From the NCBI RefSeq assembly GCF_054482525.1, contig NZ_CM137006.1: DNA of 64,000 nt. One strand, given 5' to 3'. The position numbers and the translations under genes are program-made. The notes beneath the pieces are model-generated. The model worked only from the letters and a program-made list of their open reading frames with translations. It was not told the DNA's origin and searched no databases. Of this stretch, positions 8,899 to 20,812 are shown piece by piece (positions within the stretch are counted from its first letter, which is position 1; the number at the start of each line of letters is the position of its first letter).

Positions 8899-9091
8899 TT
8901 AGTTCTGAGGCATTTTCACTCTGGTAATGCGCATAAACGCTTTCAAAGTCCTGGTCAGAAGTACGGGTGGTGCCGTTAACTGATGCTCTGGCCGGAGTGA
9001 GAATGCCCACATCTAACAATGGGGCATGCGCCGTGACAGGCAGTGGATGAGTAAGCGGATGCATTCTCACTCCATCGCATGGAGAAAACGG

Positions 9092-9175
9092 GTGATTGAT
9101 AAAGCAATCATCGTTCTTGGGGCGTTAATTGCGCTGCTGGAACTGATCCGCTTTCTGCTTCAGCTTCTGAACTGA
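9092..9175 (+). CDS. dinQ: SOS-induced toxic membrane peptide DinQ (27 aa, GTG start)
   Basis: GTG ATT GAT AAA... encodes VIDKAIIVLGALIALLELIRFLLQLLN, a single hydrophobic helix; GGAG RBS 7 nt upstream; a 6-codon upstream mini-ORF (ATG at 9079) overlaps the start. Confidence 0.7.
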   Translation: MIDKAIIVLGALIALLELIRFLLQLLN

Positions 9176-9191
9176 TAGCGGAAACGTAGCT

Positions 9192-9222
9192 AAGGGCAAA
9201 GAGCACACCACTCTTTGCCCTT
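9192..9222. terminator. Hairpin between the convergent dinQ and gor genes
   Basis: AAGGGCAAAGAG-cacacca-CTCTTTGCCCTT, 12 bp perfect stem, just 3' of both genes. Confidence 0.5.
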
Positions 9223-9228
9223 TAACAT

Positions 9229-10581
9229 TTAACGCATGGTCACGAACTCTTCTGCCGCCGTCGGGTGAATGGCGACGGTATTGTCGAAGTCTTTTTTGGT
9301 CGCCCCCATCTTCAGCGCCACCGCGAAGCCCTGCAACATTTCATCCATACCAAAACCAATGCCGTGAATTCCGACAATCTTCTCTTCCGGTCCAACGCAT
9401 ACCAGTTTCATGCGGCACGGCTGGCGGTGAGTGGTGACGGCGGTATACATCGCGGTGAAAGAGGATTTATACACTTTCACCTGATCGTCGCCGTACTGCT
9501 CGCGCGCCTGCGGTTCCGTTAAACCAACAGTCCCAATCGGCGGATGGCTGAAGACCACGGTCGGAATGTTGCTGTAATCGAGATGCTCATCCGGCTTGTT
9601 ATTAAACAGGCGTTCAGAGAGACGGCGACCCGCTGCAACTGCTACCGGTGTCAGTTCCACTGCACCCGTGTTATCGCCCACCGCGTAAATACCTTCAACG
9701 TTGGTGTTTTGATATTTATCGACGACGATATAGCCTTTTTCGTTGGTTTTAACGCCAGCGGCTTCCAGGTTGATGTTGTCATTGGCAGGCTCGCGACCAA
9801 TCGCCCAAATCAGGCAATCCACCGTTTCACTACGCCCATCTTCCAGCTCCAGCGTCAGGCTGCCATCGGCATTTTTCACCACCGCTTTCGGGATGGCATT
9901 GGTATGCAACTGTGGGCCTTCGGCGTTCATCACTTCGACCAGCGTTTCAGAGATCATCGGGTCGAAGCTGCGCAGCGGCGCGTGTTTACGTACAAACAGA
10001 TGCGTTTTCGCGCCGAGGCCGTTAATCACGCCCGCCAGTTCAACGGCGATGTAACCCGCGCCAACAACCGCTACGCGCTCTGGCAGCGCCGGAAGGGCGA
10101 AGAAGCCATCAGAATCAATACCGTATTCCACGCCCGGAATATCCGGGTGGCTCGGACGACCGCCGGTGGCGATCAGAATATGATCGGCCGTGATGGTTTC
10201 GCCGTTTACCTTCAGCGTTTTGGCATCAACGAAGCGGGCAAAGCCTTTGATTACATCAACGTTATTTTTACCGAGCACGTTTTCATAGGAAGTATGAATA
10301 CGGTCGATATAGGCGGTACGGCTGGCGATCAACGTTTCCCAGTTGAATTTATTGATAGTGGTATCGAAACCATAATCCGGACCGTACATGTGGATCGCTT
10401 CACGGATTTGCGCCGCGTGCCACATCACTTTCTTCGGTACGCAACCGACGTTCACGCAGGTGCCGCCCAGTTCTTTGGCTTCAATCAGCGCACATTTCTG
10501 GCCGTACATAGCCGCGCGGTTGATGGAGGCGATACCGCCGCTGCCGCCGCCGATGGCGATGTAATCATAGTGTTTAGTCAT
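9229..10581 (-). CDS. gor: Glutathione reductase
   Basis: 450 aa; FAD site GGGSGGIAS and redox-active disulfide [13 protein letters not shown]. Confidence 0.95.
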   Translation of the reverse strand: MTKHYDYIAIGGGSGGIASINRAAMYGQKCALIEAKELGGTCVNVGCVPKKVMWHAAQIREAIHMYGPDYGFDTTINKFNWETLIASRTAYIDRIHTSYENVLGKNNVDVIKGFARFVDAKTLKVNGETITADHILIATGGRPSHPDIPGVEYGIDSDGFFALPALPERVAVVGAGYIAVELAGVINGLGAKTHLFVRKHAPLRSFDPMISETLVEVMNAEGPQLHTNAIPKAVVKNADGSLTLELEDGRSETVDCLIWAIGREPANDNINLEAAGVKTNEKGYIVVDKYQNTNVEGIYAVGDNTGAVELTPVAVAAGRRLSERLFNNKPDEHLDYSNIPTVVFSHPPIGTVGLTEPQAREQYGDDQVKVYKSSFTAMYTAVTTHRQPCRMKLVCVGPEEKIVGIHGIGFGMDEMLQGFAVALKMGATKKDFDNTVAIHPTAAEEFVTMR

Positions 10582-10652
10582 GACAGAGTGTCCTTATCGT
10601 TGATTACCGCGATTGTAGCGCGAGACGTAATAGGTGCCAGCAATGGCTGCAA

Positions 10653-11495
10653 TTACTCCGGCACGATCCAGCTTACGGTGGCGTGCCCGGTACCAGCCGG
10701 AACCAGTTTGCTGTGCAGCCACGGCAGCACGTTATTCATCTGCTGTTCCAGCTTCCACGGCGGGTTAATCACAATCATGCCGGAAGCGGTCATGCCACGG
10801 CGATCGCTGTCTGGCAGTACCGCCAGTTCAATTTGCAGAATTTTGCGAATGCCGGTCGCTTCCAGGTCGTGGATCATGCGCTTAATTTGCTGGCGCAACA
10901 CCACTGGATACCACAGTGCGTAAGTGCCAGTGGCGAAACGTTTATAGCCTTCTGCTATCCCGCTGACCACCGCCTGATAGTCGGTTTTCATTTCATACGG
11001 CGGGTCGATAAGGATTAAACCACGGCGGGAAACCGGCGGCAGTTTGGCCTTAAGCTGCTGGAAACCATCGGCTTTTTCGACGCGCGCACGGCTGTCTTTC
11101 TGAAATTCAGAACGCAGCAACGGGTAATCGCTCGGGTGCAGTTCGGTCAGTTGCAGGCTGTCCTGTTCACGCAGTAACTGACGAGCAATCAACGGTGAAC
11201 CGGGGTAGTAACGCAACTGACCGCTACGGTTGAAGTGTTTTACCACATTGATGTACGCCTCCAGCTCCGCAGGCAAATCGTCCTGCTGCCAGATACGGGC
11301 GATACCTTCGAGATATTCGCCGGTACGCTCGGCATGTTCGCTGCCTAACTGATAACGCCCGGCCCCTGCGTGGGTATCGAGATAGAGAAACGGTTTATCT
11401 TTCTCTTTCAGCGACTCGATGATCAGGCTCTGAACGGTATGTTTAAGGACGTCGGCGTGGTTGCCAGCGTGAAAGCTGTGGCGATAACTGAGCAT
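10653..11495 (-). CDS. rlmJ: 23S rRNA (adenine2030-N6)-methyltransferase RlmJ (YhiR)
   Basis: Start refined to MLSYRHSFHAGNHADVLKH, giving 280 aa. Confidence 0.9.
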   Translation of the reverse strand: MLSYRHSFHAGNHADVLKHTVQSLIIESLKEKDKPFLYLDTHAGAGRYQLGSEHAERTGEYLEGIARIWQQDDLPAELEAYINVVKHFNRSGQLRYYPGSPLIARQLLREQDSLQLTELHPSDYPLLRSEFQKDSRARVEKADGFQQLKAKLPPVSRRGLILIDPPYEMKTDYQAVVSGIAEGYKRFATGTYALWYPVVLRQQIKRMIHDLEATGIRKILQIELAVLPDSDRRGMTASGMIVINPPWKLEQQMNNVLPWLHSKLVPAGTGHATVSWIVPE

Positions 11496-11697
11496 GGGTA
11501 AAGGTGTTCCGGTAAGTAAAAATCGGCCCGTATTCGGGGCGCACAAAAGCCTATCAGGACAGTATACCGAAAAGAGGCCGCCGCCGCGAAAGCGTAACGT
11601 TTCTCATTGAAATTCACTACACTTAACCCCATGCTACAAACATTATGTAAAGCGCCTGTTGAGCGCTTCCTTAACCTCTTTAACCAGGACTGCGCTA

Positions 11698-13740
11698 ATG
11701 ACGAATCCGTTACTGACTCCCTTTGAATTGCCTCCGTTTTCTAAAATTCTCCCGGAACATGTCGTTCCAGCCGTGACTAAGGCGCTGAACGACTGCCGCG
11801 AAAATGTGGAGCGCGTAGTAGCGCAAGGGGCACCGTACACCTGGGAAAATCTCTGCCAGCCGTTGGCGGAAGTGGACGATGTGCTGGGGCGTATCTTCTC
11901 CCCGGTCAGCCACCTGAACTCGGTGAAAAATAGCCCGGAACTGCGTGAAGCCTACGAACAAACCCTGCCGCTGCTGTCGGAATACAGCACCTGGGTAGGG
12001 CAACATGAAGGGCTGTATAAAGCATATCGCGACCTGCGCGATGGCGATCATTACGCCACGCTGAACACGGCTCAGAAAAAAGCGGTTGATAACGCACTGC
12101 GCGACTTCGAACTCTCTGGCATCGGTCTGCCGAAAGAGAAACAGCAGCGTTACGGCGAAATTGCTACCCGTCTTTCTGAACTGGGCAATCAGTACAGCAA
12201 CAACGTCCTCGATGCGACGATGGGCTGGACCAAACTCGTTACCGACGAAGCGGAGCTGGCGGGAATGCCTGAAAGCGCGCTGGCTGCGGCAAAAGCCCAG
12301 GCTGAAGCGAAAGAGCTGGAAGGTTATTTGCTGACGCTGGATATCCCAAGCTATCTGCCGGTAATGACTTACTGCGACAACCAGGCCTTGCGTGAAGAGA
12401 TGTATCGTGCTTACAGCACCCGCGCTTCCGATCAAGGCCCGAACGCCGGTAAGTGGGACAACAGCAAGGTGATGGAAGAGATCCTCGCGCTGCGTCACGA
12501 ACTGGCGCAACTGCTGGGTTTTGAAAACTACGCCTTTAAATCCCTTGCCACTAAAATGGCAGAAAACCCGCAGCAGGTGCTGGATTTCTTAACCGATCTG
12601 GCAAAACGCGCGCGTCCGCAGGGCGAAAAAGAGCTGACACAACTGCGTGCCTTCGCCAAAGCCGAATTTGGCGTCGATGAGTTGCAGCCGTGGGATATCG
12701 CTTACTACAGCGAAAAACAAAAACAGCATCTCTACAGCATCAGTGACGAACAGCTGCGTCCGTACTTCCCGGAAAACAAAGCGGTTAACGGCTTGTTTGA
12801 AGTGGTGAAACGTATTTACGGCATCACCGCTAAAGAGCGTAAAGATGTTGATGTCTGGCATCCGGATGTACGTTTCTTCGAACTGTATGACGAGAACAAC
12901 GAACTGCGCGGCAGCTTCTACCTCGACCTGTATGCCCGTGAAAACAAGCGCGGCGGGGCGTGGATGGATGACTGTGTAGGCCAGATGCGTAAAGCCGACG
13001 GTTCGCTGCAAAAACCGGTCGCGTATCTGACCTGTAACTTCAACCGCCCGGTAAATGGTAAACCGGCGCTGTTTACCCATGACGAAGTGATCACCCTGTT
13101 CCACGAGTTCGGTCACGGCCTGCACCATATGCTGACCCGCATCGAAACCGCCGGTGTATCCGGGATCAGCGGGGTGCCGTGGGATGCGGTCGAACTGCCG
13201 AGCCAGTTTATGGAAAACTGGTGCTGGGAGCCTGAGGCGCTGGCGTTTATCTCCGGTCACTATGAAACCGGCGAACCGCTGCCGAAGGAGTTGCTGGATA
13301 AAATGCTGGCGGCGAAGAACTACCAGGCGGCGCTGTTTATCCTGCGTCAGCTGGAGTTCGGCCTGTTCGATTTCCGCCTCCATGCCGAGTTCCGCCCGGA
13401 TCAGGGAGCGAAAATCCTCGAAACTCTGGCAGAAATCAAGAAACTGGTTGCCGTAGTACCGTCTCCATCCTGGGGCCGTTTCCCGCACGCTTTCAGCCAT
13501 ATTTTCGCCGGTGGTTATGCCGCAGGTTACTACAGCTACCTGTGGGCCGACGTGCTGGCGGCAGATGCCTTCTCGCGCTTTGAGGAAGAGGGCATTTTCA
13601 ACCGTGAAACCGGACAGTCGTTCCTCGACAACATTCTGAGCCGTGGCGGTTCAGAAGAGCCGATGGATCTGTTCAAACGCTTCCGTGGTCGTGAACCGCA
13701 GCTGGATGCGATGCTGGAGCATTACGGCATTAAGGGCTGA
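11698..13740 (+). CDS. prlC: Oligopeptidase A (M3 family zinc metallopeptidase)
   Basis: Start refined to [14 protein letters not shown], giving 680 aa; zinc motif HEFGHGLHH. Confidence 0.95.
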   Translation: MTNPLLTPFELPPFSKILPEHVVPAVTKALNDCRENVERVVAQGAPYTWENLCQPLAEVDDVLGRIFSPVSHLNSVKNSPELREAYEQTLPLLSEYSTWVGQHEGLYKAYRDLRDGDHYATLNTAQKKAVDNALRDFELSGIGLPKEKQQRYGEIATRLSELGNQYSNNVLDATMGWTKLVTDEAELAGMPESALAAAKAQAEAKELEGYLLTLDIPSYLPVMTYCDNQALREEMYRAYSTRASDQGPNAGKWDNSKVMEEILALRHELAQLLGFENYAFKSLATKMAENPQQVLDFLTDLAKRARPQGEKELTQLRAFAKAEFGVDELQPWDIAYYSEKQKQHLYSISDEQLRPYFPENKAVNGLFEVVKRIYGITAKERKDVDVWHPDVRFFELYDENNELRGSFYLDLYARENKRGGAWMDDCVGQMRKADGSLQKPVAYLTCNFNRPVNGKPALFTHDEVITLFHEFGHGLHHMLTRIETAGVSGISGVPWDAVELPSQFMENWCWEPEALAFISGHYETGEPLPKELLDKMLAAKNYQAALFILRQLEFGLFDFRLHAEFRPDQGAKILETLAEIKKLVAVVPSPSWGRFPHAFSHIFAGGYAAGYYSYLWADVLAADAFSRFEEEGIFNRETGQSFLDNILSRGGSEEPMDLFKRFRGREPQLDAMLEHYGIKG

Positions 13741-13747
13741 TCATTCA

Positions 13748-14500
13748 GTGAAAATCTGCTTAATTGATGAAACAGGCACCGGAGACGGTGCCTTATCTGT
13801 TCTGGCGACCCGCTGGGGGCTGGAACATGATGAAGACAACCTGATGGCGCTGGTATTAACGCCGGAGCATCTGGAACTGCGCAAGCGTGATGAGCCAAAA
13901 CTTGGCGGCATCTTTGTTGATTTTGTTGGCGGGGCGATGGCGCACCGTCGCAAATTCGGCGGCGGACGTGGGGAGGCAGTGGCGAAAGCGGTGGGTATTA
14001 AAGGCGATTATTTGCCAGACGTGGTGGACGCTACCGCAGGGCTGGGGCGCGATGCCTTTGTGCTGGCTTCGGTCGGCTGCCGCGTGCGGATGCTGGAGCG
14101 TAATCCGGTGGTTGCTGCATTGCTCGACGACGGCCTGGCGCGTGGTTATGCGGATGCGGAAATCGGCGGCTGGTTGCAGGAGCGGTTGCAGTTAATTCAC
14201 GCTTCCAGCCTGACGGCGCTGACCGATATTACTCCGCGCCCGCAGGTGGTCTATCTCGATCCGATGTTCCCGCATAAGCAGAAAAGCGCGTTGGTGAAAA
14301 AAGAGATGCGAGTCTTTCAGTCGCTGGTGGGGCCGGATCTTGATGCCGATGGATTGCTGGAGCCTGCACGCTTGCTGGCGACCAAACGCGTGGTGGTAAA
14401 GCGCCCGGACTACGCGCCGCCGCTGGCGAATGTCGCCACGCCAAACGCGGTAGTGACCAAAGGGCATCGCTTTGATATTTATGCCGGAACGCCGGTGTAA
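13748..14500 (+). CDS. rsmJ: 16S rRNA (guanine1516-N2)-methyltransferase RsmJ (YhiQ)
   Basis: GTG start 8 nt after the prlC stop ([14 protein letters not shown]), giving 250 aa; the track ORF extends upstream into prlC. Confidence 0.9.
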   Translation: MKICLIDETGTGDGALSVLATRWGLEHDEDNLMALVLTPEHLELRKRDEPKLGGIFVDFVGGAMAHRRKFGGGRGEAVAKAVGIKGDYLPDVVDATAGLGRDAFVLASVGCRVRMLERNPVVAALLDDGLARGYADAEIGGWLQERLQLIHASSLTALTDITPRPQVVYLDPMFPHKQKSALVKKEMRVFQSLVGPDLDADGLLEPARLLATKRVVVKRPDYAPPLANVATPNAVVTKGHRFDIYAGTPV

Positions 14501-14504
14501 AAGT

Positions 14505-14536
14505 AAAGCAGGGTAGCGTTATCGCTACCCTGCTTT
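14505..14536. terminator. Bidirectional intrinsic terminator between rsmJ and dtpB
   Basis: AAAGCAGGGTAGCG-ttat-CGCTACCCTGCTTT, perfect 14 bp stem. Confidence 0.7.
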
Positions 14537-14548
14537 CTGCAAGAATAA

Positions 14549-16018
14549 TTAATGGCTTTCGGGCGTCGCAATCATTCGTTTCAGCCACGGCACCATCAGC
14601 AGCATCACCACCGCAACGCCCAGCGTAACCAGGCCAATCTTACCAAACACGTTGGTATAGACGGGCAACGTCTCAAGCGGATCGGTAATGTTGTCTGGTA
14701 CTGCGGTAAATGTTGCCACATAGCCGCCCAGCAAGAACGCGGCAGCCTGCGTCAGGAACCACATCCCGAGAATAAAGCCCATCAAATGCTGCGGCACCAG
14801 GGCAGCAATCATCGCCAGGCCAAGGGCGCTAATAAACAGTTCACCTAGGCTCTGGAATAAGTAAACCAGCACAATAAACCACGGCGATGTCAGCCCCTGG
14901 GCATCCGCAAACCACATTCCCGCAGCTGCAGCCGTCAAAAAGCCCAGTGAGCACATAAACATGCCGAGAGTAAATTTCATCGGCATAGAGAGATCTTTGC
15001 CTTTGTTACCCAGATGCGTGTAAATGCCTGCCAGTATTGGGCTGGCGAGTACCACCCAGAACGGGTTAAGCGCCTGGAAGCTGACCGGGTTGATGGAAAA
15101 GCCGAGAATTTCATGATGCACGTTGTTGATGGCAAAGAAGTTCAGCGACGTTGGCATCTGGGCGTAGAGAATGTAAAACACCACCGCTTCGAGCATCAGG
15201 ACAAAGGCGACAAACATTTTATTGCGCCCGGTTTTATCCAGCTTGAATGCCTGACGAAAGAAAATGATGGTGACGACGATGGAGAGAACAATCAGCACCA
15301 GATTGGCGACTTCTACGTTGTGCATCAGCCATGCACAGACGAAGATCATCACCACGCTGCCAAGTAACACGTACAACAGTTTGCTGAAGCTCATCGGCCG
15401 GAAGTCGGGTTCAGAACCAATGTCTTTCACCATTCCGCGACAGGCGATGTAAACCAATAGCGCGATAATTAATCCTGCACCGCACAGGTTGTAGGTGACT
15501 GAATAGCCGAATCTATCAGCGATCACAGGGGCCAGCGATAACGCTATCAACGAGCCGATGTTGATCGACATATAGAACAGGGTAAATGCGCCATCAAGCC
15601 GCGGATCTTTCGGCGGATAGCACTTCGAAAGCAAGCTGGCTGGGTTAGCTTTAAACAGGCCGTTACCGACAGCGATAGTCCCCAGGGCGATGAAAATCAG
15701 GTCAGGCTTAAGTAGCGACAGGCCGGTCATGAAGTAGCCAATCGCCAGCACAAGTGCTCCGAGAACAATGGTGCGTTTGGTCCCCAGCAGGTGGTCGCCG
15801 ACATAGCCGCCAATGGAAATGAGGCCATAGACCAGCGCAGCAAAAGCACCAAAAGTGACAAAAGCCTGTTCTTGCGAGAATCCAAGCTGCTTAACGAAGA
15901 AAACCGCCAGTACGCCCTGCACGCCGTAGTAGCCGAATCGCTCCCATAACTCGACAAAAAAGATCATGAAAAATGGGCGAGGTTGCTGCAGCATCCCCAT
16001 GGGTGTTGTTGTATTCAT
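14549..16018 (-). CDS. dtpB: Dipeptide/tripeptide:H+ symporter DtpB (YhiP), POT family
   Basis: 489 aa starting [17 protein letters not shown]; 12+ TM MFS/POT-type protein. Confidence 0.95.
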   Translation of the reverse strand: MNTTTPMGMLQQPRPFFMIFFVELWERFGYYGVQGVLAVFFVKQLGFSQEQAFVTFGAFAALVYGLISIGGYVGDHLLGTKRTIVLGALVLAIGYFMTGLSLLKPDLIFIALGTIAVGNGLFKANPASLLSKCYPPKDPRLDGAFTLFYMSINIGSLIALSLAPVIADRFGYSVTYNLCGAGLIIALLVYIACRGMVKDIGSEPDFRPMSFSKLLYVLLGSVVMIFVCAWLMHNVEVANLVLIVLSIVVTIIFFRQAFKLDKTGRNKMFVAFVLMLEAVVFYILYAQMPTSLNFFAINNVHHEILGFSINPVSFQALNPFWVVLASPILAGIYTHLGNKGKDLSMPMKFTLGMFMCSLGFLTAAAAGMWFADAQGLTSPWFIVLVYLFQSLGELFISALGLAMIAALVPQHLMGFILGMWFLTQAAAFLLGGYVATFTAVPDNITDPLETLPVYTNVFGKIGLVTLGVAVVMLLMVPWLKRMIATPESH

Positions 16019-16233
16019 ATTTATTAACCTTCCAATACCATCCTGAAAAGTATGAACGCGTAAGGGATAACGCGCGAAAAAGTTTACATCTGTCAGAGAT
16101 TCTTAATATTGATGCGGTGAATAGATTAATACACTATTACAACAGAAAATAACCAGCTGATCACACTAATGATGGAAAATATGATGGTGTTAAATGTTGT
16201 ATTGGCAGGGGATTTTGATTGCGTACGCAGACC

Positions 16234-16263
16234 GTAGGCCAGATAAGGTGTTTACGCTGCAAG
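16234..16263. repeat. Degenerate REP-like element
   Basis: GTAGGCCAGATAAGGTGTTTACGCTGCAAGG resembles the reverse complement of the REP consensus with several mismatches. Confidence 0.35.
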
Positions 16264-16278
16264 GTAACAAGGCGCGCC

Positions 16279-16308
16279 AAAAAGCAATACGCCCGCATAT
16301 GCGGGCGT
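16279..16308 (-). terminator. uspA intrinsic terminator
   Basis: On the minus strand ACGCCCGCATATGCGGGCGT (8 bp palindromic stem) is followed by attgCTTTTT, 26 nt after the uspA stop. Confidence 0.6.
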
Positions 16309-16333
16309 TCAGGAACACGTCGTAGAGGGAAGA

Positions 16334-16768
16334 TTATTCTTCTTCGTCGCGCAGCGGAACAATCAGCATATCAACGTGAACGGTGTTGATCAGCTGACGT
16401 GCGGAAGACATCAGTTTGCTCCAGAAGTCCTGGTGGTGACCACAAACCACCAAATCCATATCGTATTTCTTGATTGCATCGACCAGAACCTGGCCCAGGT
16501 CGCCGCTGCCGCTCAGGGTTTCAGTGATTGGGTAGCCTGCATTAGTGGAAAGCTCGGTCAGCGCATGATGTGTCTCTTCAGAGATGCGTTTCTGCATATC
16601 ACCCAGATTCACATCAATAAGCCCGGTGTATAGGTCAGAGTAGTTTACATCTACGTGGATCAGAGAAACTTTCGCATTATAGGGGCGAGCCATAGAGACT
16701 GCTTTCTCTACCAGAACTTTGCTTTCCGGGGAGAGATCGACCGCGATGAGAATGTGTTTATAAGCCAT
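16334..16768 (-). CDS. uspA: Universal stress protein A
   Basis: 144 aa starting [24 protein letters not shown]. Confidence 0.95.
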
Positions 16769-17158
16769 AGTGTTACTCCTTCCATAAAGTTGTCGATGAC
16801 TGGCCAGCTAGCGTTTCTTGTGCCGTTACGTCACCCGCGTCCTGCGAACTACGTGCGCGGGGCTAACCCAGCCGTAAAGATTCAGTGTTAAGACCATCCT
16901 TACCTTATAGCGACCCGGATGATCCGTCAATCCGCCTTGCTTACCCGTTAGATAAACAAATTTTCGACATGAATATATTGATAGTGGTTAACCTTCTGGA
17001 AAAAAAACAACCTGATCTCCTACACTATCTATAGAGCCGCTCGGATGTTGGTCACCACAAAAGCGGTTTCTCCAGGACCTGGTGTTAACTGATTGGCAGC
17101 GTATCGGGAGCGGTAGCCCCGGGGTGGAACTCCGCGGGCAGGTCGCCGGGGAGGAGGT

Positions 17159-17494
17159 ATGATAAGCACCGTCGCATTATTTTGGGCTTTATGTGTCGTT
17201 TGCATTGTTAACATGGCGCGCTATTTCTCATCACTACGCGCGTTGTTAGTGGTACTGCGTAACTGCGATCCATTGCTCTATCAATATGTTGATGGAGGGG
17301 GCTTTTTTACCTCACATGGCCAACCCAACAAACAGGTGCGTCTCGTTTGGTATATCTATGCCCAACGTTATCGCGATCATCACGATGATGAGTTTATTCG
17401 CCGCTGTGAGCGGGTGCGTCGGCAGTTTATTCTGACCAGCGCATTGTGTGGTCTGGTGGTGGTCAGCCTGATTGCATTGATGATTTGGCATTAA
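17159..17494 (+). CDS. uspB: Universal stress protein B (small membrane protein)
   Basis: 111 aa with two hydrophobic helices; GGAGGAGG RBS upstream; divergent from uspA. Confidence 0.9.
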
Positions 17495-17523
17495 GCACTT
17501 CAGCAAAAATAACGCATAAAAAA

Positions 17524-17552
17524 AGCGGGCCAGTAAACTGACCCGCTCGTTT
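17524..17552. terminator. Bidirectional terminator between uspB and pitA
   Basis: GCGGGCCAG-taaa-CTGACCCGC (one mismatch) preceded by A7 and followed by TCGTTTT. Confidence 0.6.
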
Positions 17553-17564
17553 TGGTGCGTGCGA

Positions 17565-19064
17565 TTACAGGAACTGCAAGGAGAGCCAGTAAAGCCCGCC
17601 GGAAAGCAGTACCGCAGCCGGAAGGGTAAACACCCAGGCCATCAGAATACTGGTCACGGTTTTACGCTGTAAGCCGCCGCCATCTACCACCATCGTCCCC
17701 GCGACAGAAGAGGAGAGTACGTGAGTGGTGGAAACCGGCATCCCGGTATAACTCGCCAGGCCGATGGACACTGCCGCCGTCATCTGGGCAGACATCCCCT
17801 GAGCGTAGGTCATGCCTTTCTTACCGATTTTCTCACCGATAGTCGTTGCCACACGACGCCAGCCAATCATCGTACCGATACCTAACGCCAGCGCGACCGC
17901 CATGATGATCCACACCGGTGCATACTCGATGGTGCTAAGCATGTCAGACTTCAGTTTCTTCAACAGGCGCTGATCGTCAGCACTCACGCCAGGCATCTTC
18001 ACCACTTTGTCGATAGTGTCAGAAACGCACAGCATAATGCGGCGCATCTGGCTACGTTGATCAAGCGACAGCTTATCGTAGCTTTCCACATCGGTAGTCA
18101 ACATGCCTTTCAGGCGGTTGAGCGCGTTAATGGTATTCGACGGATGGCAATGGAACTCCGCAGGTTGCGTTGCGCCAGCTTCCGGAGCCGGTACTAACTG
18201 ATCAGCACCGGTAGCCTGTTTCAGCAGCGCAGGGTGCTGCTCAAAGTAAGCTTCCACGTTGTTGATGGCATCACGGGTACGGGTGATTTCGTAGCCAGTG
18301 GCATTCATGTTCACCACGAAGCCTGCTGGTGCGACGCCAATCAATACCAACATAACCAGACCAATGCCTTTCTGACCATCGTTCGCGCCGTGCGAAAACG
18401 CCACGCCGATAGCGGAAAGGATCAGCGCAATACGCGTCCAGAACGGCGGCTTTTTCTTGCCGTCTTTCTTTTCACGCTCCGCTGGGGTCAGGTGGATACG
18501 GGCGCGTTTCTTGGTGCCGCTCCAGTAGCGACGCAGCAAGAAAATCAGACCGCCAGCAAACACCAGGCCGACAATAGGGGAAACGATCAGAGAACCGAAA
18601 ATACTTAATACTTTCGGGATATTGAGTGCATCCACCACTGACGTCCCGGTCATCAACGCATTGGTTAAACCAATCCCGATGATCGCGCCAATCAGCGTAT
18701 GAGAGCTGGATGCAGGTAAACCAAAGTACCAGGTACCCAGGTTCCAGATAATCGCCGCCAGCAACATAGAGAACACCATGGCAAGGCCATGAGACGATCC
18801 CATATTAAGCAGCAGATCCGTCGGCAGCATATGCACAATGGCATAGGCAACACTCAGACCACCCAGCAAAACACCCAAAAAGTTGAACACCGCCGCCATA
18901 ACCACGGCGAGCTGAGAACGCATCGCGCGGGTATAGATAACGGTTGCCACGGCGTTGGCTGTGTCATGGAAACCATTGATGGCTTCGTAGAACAGCACAA
19001 AAGCCAGTGCAAGCAATAATAACAGCCCGGTATGCAAATCCAGGCCAGCAAACAAATGTAGCAT
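17565..19064 (-). CDS. pitA: Low-affinity inorganic phosphate transporter PitA
   Basis: 499 aa starting [40 protein letters not shown]. Confidence 0.95.
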
Positions 19065-19295
19065 AGGACGTTACGCCATTTTGAGGACATGAACGCGGCG
19101 CATTATCAGTGACTTTCGCGGCGCGGGCAAAGTGAAATATAGACTTTTTTTGATTTGCCTCCTGTATGGATTTCACTCAAAAAATAATTATCTTATATAA
19201 TTCAGGTAAATACTTCCTTTTAGTAATATTGATGCTGGTGCGACCACTGAGGAATCTTTACAATTCACGCCCGTTTTTTCTTAGAGGAGCGCAAC

Positions 19296-20498
19296 GTGGA
19301 AAGGTTTGATGCCATTATTATAGGCGCTGGTGCGGCGGGTATGTTCTGTTCTGCGCTGGCAGGTCAGGCAGGACGCCGGGTTCTGCTGATCGATAATGGT
19401 AAAAAACCAGGGCGCAAAATCCTCATGTCTGGCGGTGGGCGCTGCAACTTTACCAATCTTTATGTCGAACCGGGCGCTTATCTGAGCCAGAATCCGCATT
19501 TTTGTAAGTCTGCACTCGCGCGTTTTACCCAGTGGGATTTCATTGATCTGGTCAATAAACACGGCATCACCTGGCACGAGAAAACGTTAGGGCAACTCTT
19601 CTGCGATGACTCCGCGCAGCAGATTGTCGACATGCTGGTGGATGAGTGCGAGAAGGGCAATGTGGCCTTCAGATTGCGTAGCGAAGTGCTGAGTGTGGCG
19701 AAGGATGAAACAGGCTTCACGCTTGAACTGAACGGCATGACTGTCGGTTGCGAAAAGCTGGTCATCGCGACCGGTGGACTGTCAATGCCGGGGCTGGGCG
19801 CGTCGCCGTTTGGTTATAAGATTGCCGAACAATTTGGCCTCAACGTGCTGCCGACCCGCGCGGGCCTGGTGCCATTCACTCTGCATAAACCGTTGCTCGA
19901 AGAGTTACAGGTGCTGGCGGGCGTGGCGGTGCCTTCCGTGATTACCGCTGAAAACGGCACCGTTTTCCGTGAGAACTTACTCTTCACCCACCGCGGCTTA
20001 TCTGGACCGGCGGTGTTGCAAATTTCCAGCTACTGGCAACCGGGTGAATTTGTCAGTATCAATCTGCTACCGGATGTGGACCTCGAAACCTTCCTGAATG
20101 AGCAGCGTAATGCACATCCGAATCAGAGCCTGAAAAACACTCTGGCGGTTCATCTACCGAAGCGGTTGGTTGAACGTTTACAACAACTCGGGCAAATCCC
20201 GGATGTCTCGCTAAAACAGCTCAACGTGCGTGACCAACAGGCACTGATTAGCACATTGACCGACTGGCGCGTACAACCCAACGGCACTGAAGGCTATCGC
20301 ACTGCCGAAGTGACGCTCGGCGGCGTGGACACCAACGAACTCTCTTCACGGACGATGGAAGCGCGCAAAGTGCCTGGGCTGTACTTCATCGGCGAAGTGA
20401 TGGACGTCACCGGCTGGCTGGGGGGCTATAACTTCCAGTGGGCGTGGTCGAGTGCATGGGCTTGTGCGCAGGATTTGATTGCAGCGAAGTCGTCCTGA
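19296..20498 (+). CDS. yhiN: Flavoprotein YhiN (HI0933-like predicted oxidoreductase)
   Basis: 400 aa; GTG start with GAGGAG RBS; FAD motif IIIGAGAAG. Confidence 0.9.
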   Translation: MERFDAIIIGAGAAGMFCSALAGQAGRRVLLIDNGKKPGRKILMSGGGRCNFTNLYVEPGAYLSQNPHFCKSALARFTQWDFIDLVNKHGITWHEKTLGQLFCDDSAQQIVDMLVDECEKGNVAFRLRSEVLSVAKDETGFTLELNGMTVGCEKLVIATGGLSMPGLGASPFGYKIAEQFGLNVLPTRAGLVPFTLHKPLLEELQVLAGVAVPSVITAENGTVFRENLLFTHRGLSGPAVLQISSYWQPGEFVSINLLPDVDLETFLNEQRNAHPNQSLKNTLAVHLPKRLVERLQQLGQIPDVSLKQLNVRDQQALISTLTDWRVQPNGTEGYRTAEVTLGGVDTNELSSRTMEARKVPGLYFIGEVMDVTGWLGGYNFQWAWSSAWACAQDLIAAKSS

Positions 20499-20812
20499 GC
20501 TATTTCCTAAAGATGAAAATTATTAGAGTCGCATTAAAAATGAGCTAATTTTGATAGTGGTTATCTTGTGATTATTTTCTAATGAGACTGTGAACTGAAA
20601 CCCTCCATGCTTAATATAAGGTGGAAGGAAAGGTGATTAAAACTCCCCCAGTGGCCAGATCTTTATAAAATATGAACAGGTTGAAAAAATCAGCAACTTT
20701 GCTGTTTTTTTATACTTAACCACTATGCATTAATTCTGCGTTATTTCATGATACCTGAGAAAAACCAGCGTTACGCAAATGGTCAACGCTGGTTTTATCC
20801 GGTACGTTGCAA

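Noticed and set aside
9544-10923. 459 aa ORF on the plus strand
   Set aside because: Entirely antisense to gor and rlmJ; no RBS and no recognisable domains; typical shadow ORF.
11710-13500. Two minus-strand ORFs of 266 and 303 aa
   Set aside because: Both lie antisense within prlC, which is a well-supported full-length M3 peptidase gene.
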